A DNA stretch of 64,000 nucleotides from an uncultured virus (IMG/VR IMGVR_UViG_3300031992_002320) (IMGVR_UViG_3300031992_002320); one strand, 5' to 3'; numbered from the stretch's first letter, positions 8,139-18,758 are shown. Program-made: numbers and translations. Notes: generated by a model not told the origin, from the sequence alone.

Positions 8139-8633
8139 ATGGGGGTAAGTATTGCGGATCAATTGGCTGCCTTCTTGGAGGAGATATCGAATGCATTAGG
8201 GCGAGATAATGGTGGTTTAGGTTATGTTATCTCTGATCATATTGTTGATTGGGGTATTCAGTTTTTGACTGTTTGTGCCTTGGCGCTCAGTTTGTTTATG
8301 GTTGTGCGTGTGGCCGCGGATACTGTTATCTTATCCATACCCGTGGTGCGTTTGGGTTATACAGAGCTTCGTAGTCGTTGGAAGTCCAAGGGTGGTGCCT
8401 TGGGTAAGGTGGTTTCGGCTCGTACCGTTGTTGATGGGGCGCTTAAGGAGTCTGCCACTAAGGGTACGATGACCGCGGGGTTCATCTACTATTTCAAGCA
8501 TATGGTGCCGGCGTTCATTATATGGGGTATATTCCTATCCATCTTTTTCTTCAACACCAATGCTTTCATATGGTTTGGGAATAAGTTCTCCGAGTGGGTT
8601 TATTATAAGTTTCTGCCGTTATTAGGAGGTTGA
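8139..8633 (+). CDS. Membrane protein, pilin-like paralog 3
   Basis: TM-DTVILSIP...VVSA...YYFKH-TM; start moved to ATG 8139 after GGAGG. Confidence 0.65.
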   Translation: MGVSIADQLAAFLEEISNALGRDNGGLGYVISDHIVDWGIQFLTVCALALSLFMVVRVAADTVILSIPVVRLGYTELRSRWKSKGGALGKVVSARTVVDGALKESATKGTMTAGFIYYFKHMVPAFIIWGIFLSIFFFNTNAFIWFGNKFSEWVYYKFLPLLGG

Positions 8634-8634
8634 T

Positions 8635-11574
8635 ATGAGGGGTAAGTTTCGTCGTGTAATATGTGTTCTATTGATATTCGTGATGCTGACCTCTATGACT
8701 GGTTGCGGCATTAAGGGTATCAGTTCAATTTCGACTCTTTCTTCAGGTTTGAGTTCTATTGGTGCCTATATTCTGAACAGTGAGAATGCTACACAGGCCT
8801 CTTTGAAGGGTGTAGGTTTCTATTATACTGCTCAGGCTTTGGTTTCGCCTGATTCTGATTTGTCTGTGCATCTTACTGGTATTGGTATGTCAGATGAGCA
8901 GGAGGCTGCTTTTACGACTTTGATTTCCAATTATGATTCTGCCGTGATTGGTACTACTGGGATTGTAAGGCGTGTTGAGTTGACCGTTACCACGGATAAT
9001 AAAGGTAGTGAGAAGGATTATTATCTTGGGCCGTCAGATGGTACTGATTCACCCGATTCGATGAGTGATATCAAGCTTGAGGAGAAGAAGGATGATCTCG
9101 AGGATGAATTTGATGTTCGTGGCATTATGCTGAATGATGATGGATATGGGCTTCCGTCTTTAATATCTACAATTGCCAAGGGATCCTCGTTGGATAAGGA
9201 TGATAAAGACTATATGCTCTCTGCTGCCGGGCCTGCGACTATGTATACGGGTTGGGATGGGGATGCTGATAGTGATTTCTTGTATAGAAAGTTCGAGGTT
9301 GGTGATCCGGTAGGTTTCAATATCTTTGGGGATTCACGAGAGGGTTCTGTAGGTGACTTACAGGTGCTTTCTGCGAATGCCGATATGGGTACGGTAGAGG
9401 AGCAGGTGGGCAGTGCCATTGATCAGTATAAGTTGGATGGTCAGAACATAGATCCGGCGTATGCAACTTGGACAAGTTCATTTGTATCGTCGGGTGTTCG
9501 TCTGATGCCTCCGGGGGTTTCGATGGTTTGTACCTCGCTTGTGCCGCGTGTTTCGGATGGTGATTTGATTGATACCCTTAATAGTGATTTCGTGCCGGGG
9601 CGTGTAGGTCTTGTTGTTGATGATAAGACGCATGAGCCGGCTGTTATTACATCTTTATATGGGCCTAACCCTTTGGTTGTTAATGCTATGGCGCGTGGGT
9701 TAACCTTGGGTGAGACTGGTACTTTCCTTTTGTTCAATGGTAAGACCTATCTTATGAGTTATCCGGTTTATACGTTGGGTGGTTTCTACAGTGATGACAG
9801 TGGCAATGTAACTGTAATGCTTTCCCCGGCGTGCATGAGATATTCGCTCATCACGCATGGTGTTAGTTATTTCAAGAATGGTGTTTGGGGTTCTCCGTTT
9901 GGTCTCAAGGGCACTGATGAGGTTGTAGATCCTAACTATGTCGACTTCAACTTGGTGGGTGGCATTGGTGATTCACTCCGTCAGGTGGGTTCTTGTAATA
10001 TGTTCGTGGGCATGGATGATAAGGAGGTTTCGTCATTCAAGGATGGTTGGGAGGCCTTGTTTACGGATTATTATGTGCCCGTGGATAGGGAGATTGATAA
10101 GGCGGAGCATTATAATTCTTTCTTTGATAGTTTTACTTATAGTGGGTTTGCCTCATATAGTGATGCGGGTAAGTTGGCATTGTTGGGGAAGGATCCGAAT
10201 ACCACAATTCTCCCCACATGGGATGAGTATTCATCTGGGGATGCTTTTACTGAGTATGTGGAGAATTTGAGTACCAACTGTGATACGGGTAAGGTGCCGA
10301 GGTTGGTGCTCTGTGATTATGTTGAGGGTACATTCTTGCCGGGGGTTGCTACGGGGGGTTACTCCGAGCATCTTTGTGTTACTGGCCGTAAGATAAGGTT
10401 GTCCGATACCATCTTTGGTGGGGCTACTACTGTTAATGGTGATCAGTATGCCTTGAATGTTGTACCGTGTGCAACGACTGTAATCGGGCACTATATCTCG
10501 ATTGATGGTTCTGTTCTGGAGAGTGTGTATCTTGGGGATATCTGTGATGTGCCAGCGCTTACTGGTAGTTCTTATCTGACTCTTGGGAGTGCGCCTACGG
10601 TGGCTGGATTTGGGCATAACAGTTTGCAGGTTAGTACCTCATCCAATGGGGTTTCTGCCACGGCCACGATTGTTGATTTGTTGGATCCGTCGTGTGCCAC
10701 GATTAGTTCTTCTGATCGATATGTTGATAGGCTCTGTGTGGATAGTGGCTGTATACCGAATTTGACAACTCTTACGGTACCGACGGTGGTTCAGCTTTCC
10801 AATGTTCAGGGGATGGCTGATGGTTTCTATGGATCCGTTGTGAGTTTGGCGGATATAACACAGGATACGAGGATTACGGAGCTGTCATATTTGAGCAGCA
10901 ATTTCATTCGACCTGTTGTTGGTTTGCCGGGAACCTATACAGAGGATGTCAGTGCCGAGGATCGTACATGTATGTCGATGTATGTTCTTGGGGTTGCCAC
11001 GGGTGTTTCGAAGTCTAATTTCTATGCATATGCTTCGGGTGTTGGTGCCAAGGATTCCTTGTATTGGTGGGATAATTATCTCCATTATTGGGGGTTCGGT
11101 TATTCCGTGAAGATTGATACCGTTGTTAATTACATCAAGACCAACTATAGCTTTTATGTGACCGCCGATACTTGGAGACCGGGGGATTATCTCGATGAGC
11201 TTGAGTATTGGACAACTGAGCTTAAGGGTGGTAAGGCTGCCGAGAGGCTTGTAGATGTCTTACATGTAGTCTCGTTGATTCTTGGTGTTTTGATGATGTT
11301 GTATGCGGCGCTTCTGTTGTTCGCATGGTTCTGGGATGTAGTGGGTAGTTCGGACACGAACCTTTACTATAAGGTTTCATTCCCCCATAAGCGTGCCGTG
11401 GAGAAGAAGTCTGGTGTTAAGGGGCAGCTTGAGCAGACATTGGCGGGTGCGATATGGACCTCGGTTAAGTGGTTCTTGGTTGGCTTTGCGATTTATTCCA
11501 TAGGTTTGGTTTATGTTCTTATAGTGCTGCTCAAGTTTGTAGTTATAGCGTTAAGATTCTTTGGTCTTGGATGA
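8635..11574 (+). CDS. Large lipoprotein-like protein with C-terminal transmembrane helices
   Basis: Lipobox-like MTGC; ~850 aa predicted extracellular region; hydrophobic helices at the C-terminus. Confidence 0.75.
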   Translation: MRGKFRRVICVLLIFVMLTSMTGCGIKGISSISTLSSGLSSIGAYILNSENATQASLKGVGFYYTAQALVSPDSDLSVHLTGIGMSDEQEAAFTTLISNYDSAVIGTTGIVRRVELTVTTDNKGSEKDYYLGPSDGTDSPDSMSDIKLEEKKDDLEDEFDVRGIMLNDDGYGLPSLISTIAKGSSLDKDDKDYMLSAAGPATMYTGWDGDADSDFLYRKFEVGDPVGFNIFGDSREGSVGDLQVLSANADMGTVEEQVGSAIDQYKLDGQNIDPAYATWTSSFVSSGVRLMPPGVSMVCTSLVPRVSDGDLIDTLNSDFVPGRVGLVVDDKTHEPAVITSLYGPNPLVVNAMARGLTLGETGTFLLFNGKTYLMSYPVYTLGGFYSDDSGNVTVMLSPACMRYSLITHGVSYFKNGVWGSPFGLKGTDEVVDPNYVDFNLVGGIGDSLRQVGSCNMFVGMDDKEVSSFKDGWEALFTDYYVPVDREIDKAEHYNSFFDSFTYSGFASYSDAGKLALLGKDPNTTILPTWDEYSSGDAFTEYVENLSTNCDTGKVPRLVLCDYVEGTFLPGVATGGYSEHLCVTGRKIRLSDTIFGGATTVNGDQYALNVVPCATTVIGHYISIDGSVLESVYLGDICDVPALTGSSYLTLGSAPTVAGFGHNSLQVSTSSNGVSATATIVDLLDPSCATISSSDRYVDRLCVDSGCIPNLTTLTVPTVVQLSNVQGMADGFYGSVVSLADITQDTRITELSYLSSNFIRPVVGLPGTYTEDVSAEDRTCMSMYVLGVATGVSKSNFYAYASGVGAKDSLYWWDNYLHYWGFGYSVKIDTVVNYIKTNYSFYVTADTWRPGDYLDELEYWTTELKGGKAAERLVDVLHVVSLILGVLMMLYAALLLFAWFWDVVGSSDTNLYYKVSFPHKRAVEKKSGVKGQLEQTLAGAIWTSVKWFLVGFAIYSIGLVYVLIVLLKFVVIALRFFGLG

Positions 11575-11584
11575 GGTGTTTAAT

Positions 11585-14500
11585 ATGAGATTTGAGGGTT
11601 TTTTGAAGAAGATTACTTCGGGTAAGTTCCGCAGATTTGTGTGTGCCACATTATCTGCGGTGCTTTTGGTAGGATCTTTATCTTTGTATGTTCTTGCGGG
11701 TGGCACGGGGCAGACTCGTAATACCTATTTGGGTACTGCGGTTGCTGTGGGTTCACCCATTCTTAATCCGGATTTCTCCACTGATAATTGGAATCCGTAT
11801 GAGATGGAGGTTTGGGGGATTTACTTATCCAACTTTGTAAGGCCTCTGCAGGATACTTATGAGTCCGCTTTTACGAATGGTGGTCCGGGTGTTACGGCAT
11901 TGGAGATAGGCTCCGGGAATAATCCGGATAGTAATGCCTATCTGAAGGTTTTGCTCAATTATGCTGTTACCACTCAGAAGCAGAGTTTATCGGATTTGTA
12001 TGTGGGGTTCGTTGCTGATGGTGGAAGTGCAAATCAGATTTATTCTTCCCCGGATTCGGCGAATTCGACTGGTGTGTTTGCTCATGCTCACTTGTACGAC
12101 TTATACTGTTGTGGTTTGATAGTCGGGTGTGATGATGGGGTGCTTCAGTACAGTGATGATAAGAAGTTCGTGGATGGTACTACTCATGGTGGTGCTGCCA
12201 AGGATTCCGTTTTGAATTATGATTTGTTCTTGCAGGATTATCATGTTGTGTTCTTCAAAGAGGTCAAGGGTGAGAAGAAGGTTATGTTCGATACTTCGAG
12301 CCGATATGACCTTGATATGCTCAACAGCATGCTCGTTATGTACGGGTATTCCAATTCGGTATTTGGGGATGCTTTCATAGCCAATAGAGACGGTGTTATC
12401 AGATGTGATCCATTTGGTAACTTTGTTCTTAATGATGGGACTATGGTATTTCCGGCGGCGTGCAATTCTCATTTCCTTGCTGGAGGTGTTCATAACTACC
12501 TGAATTCGGTGGTTGTGAATGGTTTTACCTCTGTTGCGGATCCTTGTGTTAATGGTAAGGGGCCTAATGATACAGCGAGTGCTTATTTCAGAGGTTTGGC
12601 GGATACGAGTTGGCGTAATAATATCTTGAGTGAGAGTTTCCCTTGTTCCTATGACGGTAAGGTTCATGGTTGTTTTTATCAGAGTTCTATGGACTGGTAT
12701 TTTACCTCCGAGGGACAGTCCTTTTTGAGTGAGCACCCGGCGGAGTCCACTTGGCAGGCTACACGTGCCATAGCGGAGAGTTCCGTAGGGGATGGTAATT
12801 TGGTGGTGCCGGTTCGTTTTGCGGTGCCTGTGCCCTTGACGGAGTGTCAAAAGATCGGTGAAACCAAGATATCAAGTTTGCTGTCAAATGGGAATTTTAT
12901 CTGGTGTATTGCTCCGCAGATTAATAATAGTATGGTGGGGTACCATTTTTGGAATTCAGAGGATTTGACAGCCCGTGCGGTAGATGAGATTGTGTATCCT
13001 AATGGTGGTACAACTAATCTGTTTACTACCATTGATGATGGTTGTTTTAGACTCACGGATAGTCAGGTTTGGGTAGCGGATGGTATTGGGCCAGATGGTA
13101 TAGATGATGATGGTTTTAATACTGCGGATGCCACAAATCTGATGTTTGGTTTATCTGCGAGGGCTTATGTTCGTGCAATGCGTGGAGAGACCTTGCAGGG
13201 TGTGGATAGCAGCCGTGCGGCGTACTATGATGCCTTGATGTCTACTGGTGATGGTGATTATTGCTGGGGTGATGACATGGGGGATATCAAGTTTGAGTAC
13301 ATGGGTGCCATCACGGGTTCGAAGAAGGGTGTGACTTGGTATGCATCACAGTACAATGGTGGAAATAATTCATCACGTGGTGATGTTCCGCAGTCTTATC
13401 ATACTATGTGGAAGTGTTTCTGGTTTGATGATAATACCTCTGCATCTATCCGTAGCATGGCTTCATGTTTCGGTGGTACACAGTATGGGGCTTTTGGTGA
13501 GGCGTGTGCCGAGCTATATGTGAGTTATCTTTCAGCGTTTGGAATTGGCAAGGATCAGGATTCCTATGGTACTGCAATTTCCATTTCTGATTTTGATGAG
13601 AATTTCTTTTCCGCTGGGGTTCTGTTACAAGATCAGACCGTATTTAATGGTGCGGGAGCGGGTGAGACTGATGCGGATAAGTTAGGTCGACTTCGTAATA
13701 ATCTGAATCTCTATATGGATCCCAAGGCGGGTGCTGAGTATCGTGCTTCTCTTATGACTAATCAGTTCAAGGAATGGTGTTATAGTCTTTACAGTTCACT
13801 CGTTGGTCGTGATGAGGGCAAGCAGAGTTCTTCAGCGGGTGGTTTCTTACTGCCGTCTGTGGCGGAGAGTCCGCTGTTGTCCTTTATATTGGATCATTGG
13901 TTTATCGTGTTCGGTGTGGTGCTTCTGCTTGTTATTGGGTTTTCCATTTATAGTGCAGGGGTTAATCATAAGGCATGGTACTGGGTTGTTATGTCCGTGG
14001 CGTTTAGTGGGGTTCTGCTTGTCATTATCCCTAATCTTGCACGAGGTACAATCTTGGGTGTTAACTCGGCGGGTGGTGCCTTGCTGGCCCCGGATATGAG
14101 TTTATGGGTAGCCGAGGAGATTGTGGATATTCGTGCGTTGGAGGTTGGTGCTGTTGATAATTATGGTGATGATGCTGACTCACAGCTTGAGGCTACGGGT
14201 AATTTGGATATGATGCTCCGTAGTGATGCCGTTCAGACGATTCGAATTGATCAGGATATCTTCAGTAAGCATAATGTTACCGTTGAGGGCATCTATAAGG
14301 ATGTTGCGATGGGGAACTATTTGTCCGCTATGTGGGTTGTGCCGGCTCTGCTCAACAGCCGTACCAAGGTTGATGATAAGGGTAATTATAGTGCGGATAA
14401 GGGCTTCTATACTTTGATGTCGGAGTGTGAGACCATCTATTGGCAGTATCATCCCGAAAATGTGTTTGATAGTTACACGATTTCGAGTTTGAGTGCTATG

Positions 14501-16999
14501 GGTAGCAGTGTTGGATCCTCTCTTGTGGATACAACCTTTGATTATTCTGCAGGGGCTGGTTCTACGAATGTTCATTGGCATAGTATCAGCGGTTTGATTT
14601 CTGGTGTGGATGGTATTCACAATTCTACAGCGATGTTCGATGAGGACCTCTGTACTGATACCTTTGCTCATAGTAGTTATGTTTTCAGTGGTGATGTGAG
14701 TGGTATCATCGCAGCCAAGAAGGATGAGGAGCGTACCAAGCTCATTGAGGATTATTTCTATAACTGTGCGGTATCTTCCGTTAACAGTTTTGGTGGTGAT
14801 GATGTTGTTGCGCGTGCGGCTTCATTCGATATTCATACTGTTCGTGAGGATAATGGTGGTTTCTATCTGACTGGTACCGAGACGGTTTATCCTTATTTCT
14901 ACTGTGTATTGCAGGATACTTTCTCTGGTTTCAACACGACTCAGATGTATGATGCCATTATTGGTAAGGAGACTTCGGATAGTCCGATTCCGTTGTCGTT
15001 TGTGAATGCCACAACTGGTGGTGATTACATTGTGTTCAGTAATACGGGTTCTACCGTTGGTGAGGATCATGTTTGGGATGCCAATGCGGTTGCTGTTGAT
15101 AAGCATCGTGATGTTTTGGATCTTGATTACTTCTTCCGTTACTATGCGCCCGAGATGTATGCAATCAATTTGATGTATGCGGGTACTTATGATCAGGATG
15201 GAGTTTATTCCGAGGATGATTTGCTGGGTGAGGCCTATCCTTTGTTGAATGATAGGAGTAAGGCATGGCTCATGTCATCTAACTGGACCATTAAGTTATA
15301 TGAGAATCCGAGCTTTACGAAGCCGGCGGTTGTAAACTCTCCGAGTTTGGGTGCTGTGGATGTTGTTCCGATTATGCCTTGGACCTATCCCGATGATAGA
15401 CCGTTCATCGTATGTAGGGCACAGATGGAGGCCTATGGTCTTACAGAGCGTGAGCTCACGGCGGTTGAGATTCTTGCGGTTAATGCGAATGATGATGCTG
15501 CGGATGAGATTATAAGGGGTGTCAACCTTTATCAGACCTCTTTGGATCGTAATGCGTTCATAGGTACGATTGCTCTTGGTTGCATGACTGATTTCAATTC
15601 GACCTTTAATGTGGGTTCTGGGTTGTTCTCATCACAGTATACCTTGATGCCGGATACAGTTCCTTGTGTCAGCCTTGGGTTTGACAGAGGTTTCTCTGGT
15701 ATCATGTATGGTGCCTCGCCCGTGGTTTCTGGTATGCCCGAGACGGCTGTTTATAACTCCATCTTGAATGGGGATGTTATATTCGACCTGTTGATAGTTG
15801 TTGTGGCGTTCATTGGATGTAAGATAGTTCCTTTGTTGAGGCTTATAACACTCATCGTGTATATTTTGCTCGCTACTTGGGTTATCATCTATCATTGTGA
15901 GGGTGGATTTAAGCTCAGGCTGGGTATCTGTTTCAGTATGGTGATGATGTTTGGTGCATTTGCATTGCTGAATATCGGTCATCTCGCCATTATCGGATAT
16001 TTCATCCGTTCAGCGAGTGGTACGCTTCTCTCTGGTGGGGCTATGACTGGCCTTGGTGGTTGGTTGACGATTCTTGTGTTGTTCATTGTGTATGGTTTGT
16101 ATATCTTCTTGAATATCCGCCTTCTCGCGTTCTATATCCGTAACAGAAATGACCTCGGATTCGAGTATGGTAGGGTGTTTATGGAGAACATTCATACTCA
16201 GGGTGTAATGAGAACGCTTGGTGGTTTCGCAACATCCTTTGCGAAGGGTTCGAAGGGTGGTTTCGGTTCAGCGAGAGACCTTCAGAACGATATCAAGAAC
16301 GAGCAGGGTGCTACGGATGCCACAGTTGGTGAGCAGCTCGGAGGTAATAATTCTTCGAGTAACACAGGTTCTGGTGGTTCTGATCAGGTTGGTGGATCCG
16401 GTGGTGGTTCTGATCCCGTGGGTACTGGTATTGCTGCGGGTGCAACTGGTGCGGCTGCCGTTGAGATTGCAAGGGCTTCTGATGCGGATGTTGATTTCGA
16501 TCAGGCTCGTCGTGAGGCCGAGGTTCTCGGAGATATCGATGGTGGTGGTGTTACATCGGGTGAGATACGAGATAGGATGCAGGCTGGTCAGGTGGCTCAG
16601 GATACCCTTGTGGATAATAATTCCATGTCGGGTGGTGTAAGTTCTGCTGGTGTGGCTGATAGGTCGGTTGGTGGTACTCCGATAAGTGGTATTGGTTCGG
16701 CGGGTGTTGAGGATTCGACTCCCGGAGGAATGCCGCTTAGTGGTACAGCTCCGATATCTGTTGTGGATAAGACCAATAGCTCATCTGGTGGTGGTGTAGC
16801 CTCTGCGGTTGGTGGTGTAGCCTCATCCGTGGGTAGTGCGGTCAAGACTGGTGCCAATGCTGTTGGTGGAGGTGTAAGGACTGTTGCTCATGCGGTTACT
16901 GGTGATGTGGCTGGTGCTGTTCAGGCCGCGAGTGATACAGTTGCTCCGAAGAGCGAGCCTCCGAAGGGACCGGCGAAGGATACTCTTGTAGATCATTGA
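11585..16999 (+). CDS. Giant polytopic membrane protein (1804 aa), candidate VirB6/TcpH-like channel subunit
   Basis: Signal/TM, large soluble domain, TM pair near aa 780-820, second large domain, ~4 TM near aa 1410-1525, G/S/A-rich tail; start at ATG 11585 after GAGGTG; function inferred from context. Confidence 0.6.
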   Translation: MRFEGFLKKITSGKFRRFVCATLSAVLLVGSLSLYVLAGGTGQTRNTYLGTAVAVGSPILNPDFSTDNWNPYEMEVWGIYLSNFVRPLQDTYESAFTNGGPGVTALEIGSGNNPDSNAYLKVLLNYAVTTQKQSLSDLYVGFVADGGSANQIYSSPDSANSTGVFAHAHLYDLYCCGLIVGCDDGVLQYSDDKKFVDGTTHGGAAKDSVLNYDLFLQDYHVVFFKEVKGEKKVMFDTSSRYDLDMLNSMLVMYGYSNSVFGDAFIANRDGVIRCDPFGNFVLNDGTMVFPAACNSHFLAGGVHNYLNSVVVNGFTSVADPCVNGKGPNDTASAYFRGLADTSWRNNILSESFPCSYDGKVHGCFYQSSMDWYFTSEGQSFLSEHPAESTWQATRAIAESSVGDGNLVVPVRFAVPVPLTECQKIGETKISSLLSNGNFIWCIAPQINNSMVGYHFWNSEDLTARAVDEIVYPNGGTTNLFTTIDDGCFRLTDSQVWVADGIGPDGIDDDGFNTADATNLMFGLSARAYVRAMRGETLQGVDSSRAAYYDALMSTGDGDYCWGDDMGDIKFEYMGAITGSKKGVTWYASQYNGGNNSSRGDVPQSYHTMWKCFWFDDNTSASIRSMASCFGGTQYGAFGEACAELYVSYLSAFGIGKDQDSYGTAISISDFDENFFSAGVLLQDQTVFNGAGAGETDADKLGRLRNNLNLYMDPKAGAEYRASLMTNQFKEWCYSLYSSLVGRDEGKQSSSAGGFLLPSVAESPLLSFILDHWFIVFGVVLLLVIGFSIYSAGVNHKAWYWVVMSVAFSGVLLVIIPNLARGTILGVNSAGGALLAPDMSLWVAEEIVDIRALEVGAVDNYGDDADSQLEATGNLDMMLRSDAVQTIRIDQDIFSKHNVTVEGIYKDVAMGNYLSAMWVVPALLNSRTKVDDKGNYSADKGFYTLMSECETIYWQYHPENVFDSYTISSLSAMGSSVGSSLVDTTFDYSAGAGSTNVHWHSISGLISGVDGIHNSTAMFDEDLCTDTFAHSSYVFSGDVSGIIAAKKDEERTKLIEDYFYNCAVSSVNSFGGDDVVARAASFDIHTVREDNGGFYLTGTETVYPYFYCVLQDTFSGFNTTQMYDAIIGKETSDSPIPLSFVNATTGGDYIVFSNTGSTVGEDHVWDANAVAVDKHRDVLDLDYFFRYYAPEMYAINLMYAGTYDQDGVYSEDDLLGEAYPLLNDRSKAWLMSSNWTIKLYENPSFTKPAVVNSPSLGAVDVVPIMPWTYPDDRPFIVCRAQMEAYGLTERELTAVEILAVNANDDAADEIIRGVNLYQTSLDRNAFIGTIALGCMTDFNSTFNVGSGLFSSQYTLMPDTVPCVSLGFDRGFSGIMYGASPVVSGMPETAVYNSILNGDVIFDLLIVVVAFIGCKIVPLLRLITLIVYILLATWVIIYHCEGGFKLRLGICFSMVMMFGAFALLNIGHLAIIGYFIRSASGTLLSGGAMTGLGGWLTILVLFIVYGLYIFLNIRLLAFYIRNRNDLGFEYGRVFMENIHTQGVMRTLGGFATSFAKGSKGGFGSARDLQNDIKNEQGATDATVGEQLGGNNSSSNTGSGGSDQVGGSGGGSDPVGTGIAAGATGAAAVEIARASDADVDFDQARREAEVLGDIDGGGVTSGEIRDRMQAGQVAQDTLVDNNSMSGGVSSAGVADRSVGGTPISGIGSAGVEDSTPGGMPLSGTAPISVVDKTNSSSGGGVASAVGGVASSVGSAVKTGANAVGGGVRTVAHAVTGDVAGAVQAASDTVAPKSEPPKGPAKDTLVDH

Positions 17000-17023
17000 T
17001 ATTGAATTTGTGGTGTTGATAAT

Positions 17024-17057
17024 GAGAACCTCCCACATAGTCTGGGGGGTTCTCTTA
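17024..17057 (+). terminator. Hairpin / probable terminator
   Basis: GAGAACCTCCCA (17024-17035) / TGGGGGGTTCTC (17043-17054); weak U-tract. Confidence 0.65.
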
Positions 17058-17075
17058 TGTGTGGAGGTGTATAAA

Positions 17076-17321
17076 ATGGGGTTATTCAGTAAATATGGTG
17101 ATGTTGAAAGGCGGGGCTGGACCGTAGATAAGAAGCGTCATTTGGTGTATGTGAAGACCGAGTTCTTATCTATGGTGGAGGGTTTCTTCAAGGATGCCGC
17201 TGGTGATTATGAACTTGTTGAGTATGTTGGGGGTTCGGGCATCACGGCTAAATATCAGCGTAGGTACTGTTCAGCAGCTACCCTAAATGGGAATGTTATC
17301 CCGATGTTAAAGAGCCTCTGA
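17076..17321 (+). CDS. Hypothetical protein (81 aa)
   Basis: GGAGGTG RBS before ATG 17076. Confidence 0.7.
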   Translation: MGLFSKYGDVERRGWTVDKKRHLVYVKTEFLSMVEGFFKDAAGDYELVEYVGGSGITAKYQRRYCSAATLNGNVIPMLKSL

Positions 17322-17336
17322 TGGGGGCTCTCTTTT
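17311..17336 (+). terminator. Rho-independent terminator
   Basis: AGAGCCTC / GGGGCTCT stem followed by CTTTT. Confidence 0.65.
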
Positions 17337-17399
17337 GTTCTGTTATTGTGGACTGGTTTCGGTTGTATTCTCTATGAGATTGTTTGTAAGGAGGCTATT

Positions 17400-17651
17400 A
17401 TGAAGGAATTTAAGATCGATTTGTGTGGTATTGATAAGGTTAAGGCGTTTGCGAGACTTACATCTTCGGAGTGTGAGGGTGGTGTGTCTATTCATAGCGG
17501 CAGATGGGTTATTGATGGGAAGTCAATTATGGGAATCTTCTCTCTTGATCTTTCCAAGCCGGTGCATGTGTTCTTTGATTCGGAAGAGGATGGTTTGAAG
17601 TTATACAACACGCTTGTGGCTGATGGCTTCAAGATTGAGACTGTGGAGTGA
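17400..17651 (+). CDS. HPr-family protein lacking His15
   Basis: SGRWVIDGKSIMGIFSLDLSKP (Ser46 motif); GID where HPr has GIH/GLH; AGGAGG RBS before ATG 17400. Confidence 0.8.
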   Translation: MKEFKIDLCGIDKVKAFARLTSSECEGGVSIHSGRWVIDGKSIMGIFSLDLSKPVHVFFDSEEDGLKLYNTLVADGFKIETVE

Positions 17652-17657
17652 TAGTTT

Positions 17658-18758
17658 ATGACAAGTTCTGATCGTTTGGATACTTTTGGTCGAGGGCCAA
17701 ATATGACATTCCCCACTGGTGTTGGTGGGGGTGTAGCCCACGAGGATTCATTCTTTTCGGAGGGCAGGTTGTTCGGAATGGGGGCTGTAGGACTCAGCCT
17801 CTTGTTCGCGTTAATTTTCATGCGTAAGGTTCCGATATTTTGGCTTATTTACATTCCGACAGCCATCTTCATTTTGAGGTTTTTGGTGTTCAATGAGGCG
17901 TGGTATCGGAGTGTGATTAAGGCGTGTCATTTCGGTGAGCCTTTTGTGGATGCGGAGCTTACCGGTGTTCTCAACTATGGTGTTGTTGGGGATGGAGCTG
18001 GGTATTTCTTGCTTGAGTCGGGTAAGGTTTGTATGTGCCTTGAGGTGGTTCGAGATAGTCTTGTTGGCCGTGGTGCCAATTTCAAGGAGTTCTTGTTCAG
18101 TTGTGAGAGTGATGCATTACAGTTCTTGCTCAAGGCTGGTTATGAGGTGGAGAAGAGTTCCTTGATGTTTCCGGGGCACACGGATAGGCGTTTGGAGAAT
18201 ATTTATCCCAATGTCGGTAACTGTGCGGTGGGGGACTTATTAGACGAGCAGCACACTTTCACCTTGAGGTTTGCGAGTGGGCTTAAGTATGAGCGTGTGA
18301 TTTGGTTTGTTTACACAGATAGTGTTGGTGAGCTGGATGTCCTTTATGATGACCTCCGTCATGTTCTTCACGATTTGCATCAGGGGTTCGTGAGGTCTCG
18401 TATCATGCCGGTGGAGGATATCAAGACTGTGGCGGACCATCATCTTGGTGTTCGTGTCACCACGATGGCTGGTGTGCAGGTTACGGATGAGGTTGTCAAA
18501 CCTGTTCTGTGTGGTGTAGCAATCGATGATTTGTATTATTATGCGGGGGAATTGGGGAATGTATCTTCTCGTTTCCACGCTGTTTCCGTAGATGGGAATC
18601 TCACGGATATTGTGGATAAGTATTGTGATGAGGCTGTGGCGTCTGGGGATGCTGAGGCTTTGTCCGTTGGCATGCGGACCACTTATGGTTTGAAGGCGGA
18701 TGATGGTGTGGTTGGAGCATCTCTGCAGGAGAGGTTGTCTGGGTTGCATCTTGAATAG
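17658..18758 (+). CDS. Two-TM membrane protein with cytoplasmic domain, PrgI/TcpE (VirB3)-like by topology
   Basis: Two N-terminal TM helices followed by a soluble alpha/beta domain; lies upstream of the VirB4-like gene; family inferred. Confidence 0.5.
   Translation: MTSSDRLDTFGRGPNMTFPTGVGGGVAHEDSFFSEGRLFGMGAVGLSLLFALIFMRKVPIFWLIYIPTAIFILRFLVFNEAWYRSVIKACHFGEPFVDAELTGVLNYGVVGDGAGYFLLESGKVCMCLEVVRDSLVGRGANFKEFLFSCESDALQFLLKAGYEVEKSSLMFPGHTDRRLENIYPNVGNCAVGDLLDEQHTFTLRFASGLKYERVIWFVYTDSVGELDVLYDDLRHVLHDLHQGFVRSRIMPVEDIKTVADHHLGVRVTTMAGVQVTDEVVKPVLCGVAIDDLYYYAGELGNVSSRFHAVSVDGNLTDIVDKYCDEAVASGDAEALSVGMRTTYGLKADDGVVGASLQERLSGLHLE

Noticed and set aside
16792..16832. 21-bp duplication encoding GGVASAV/GGVASSV
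   Set aside because: Ordinary slippage in a low-complexity tail
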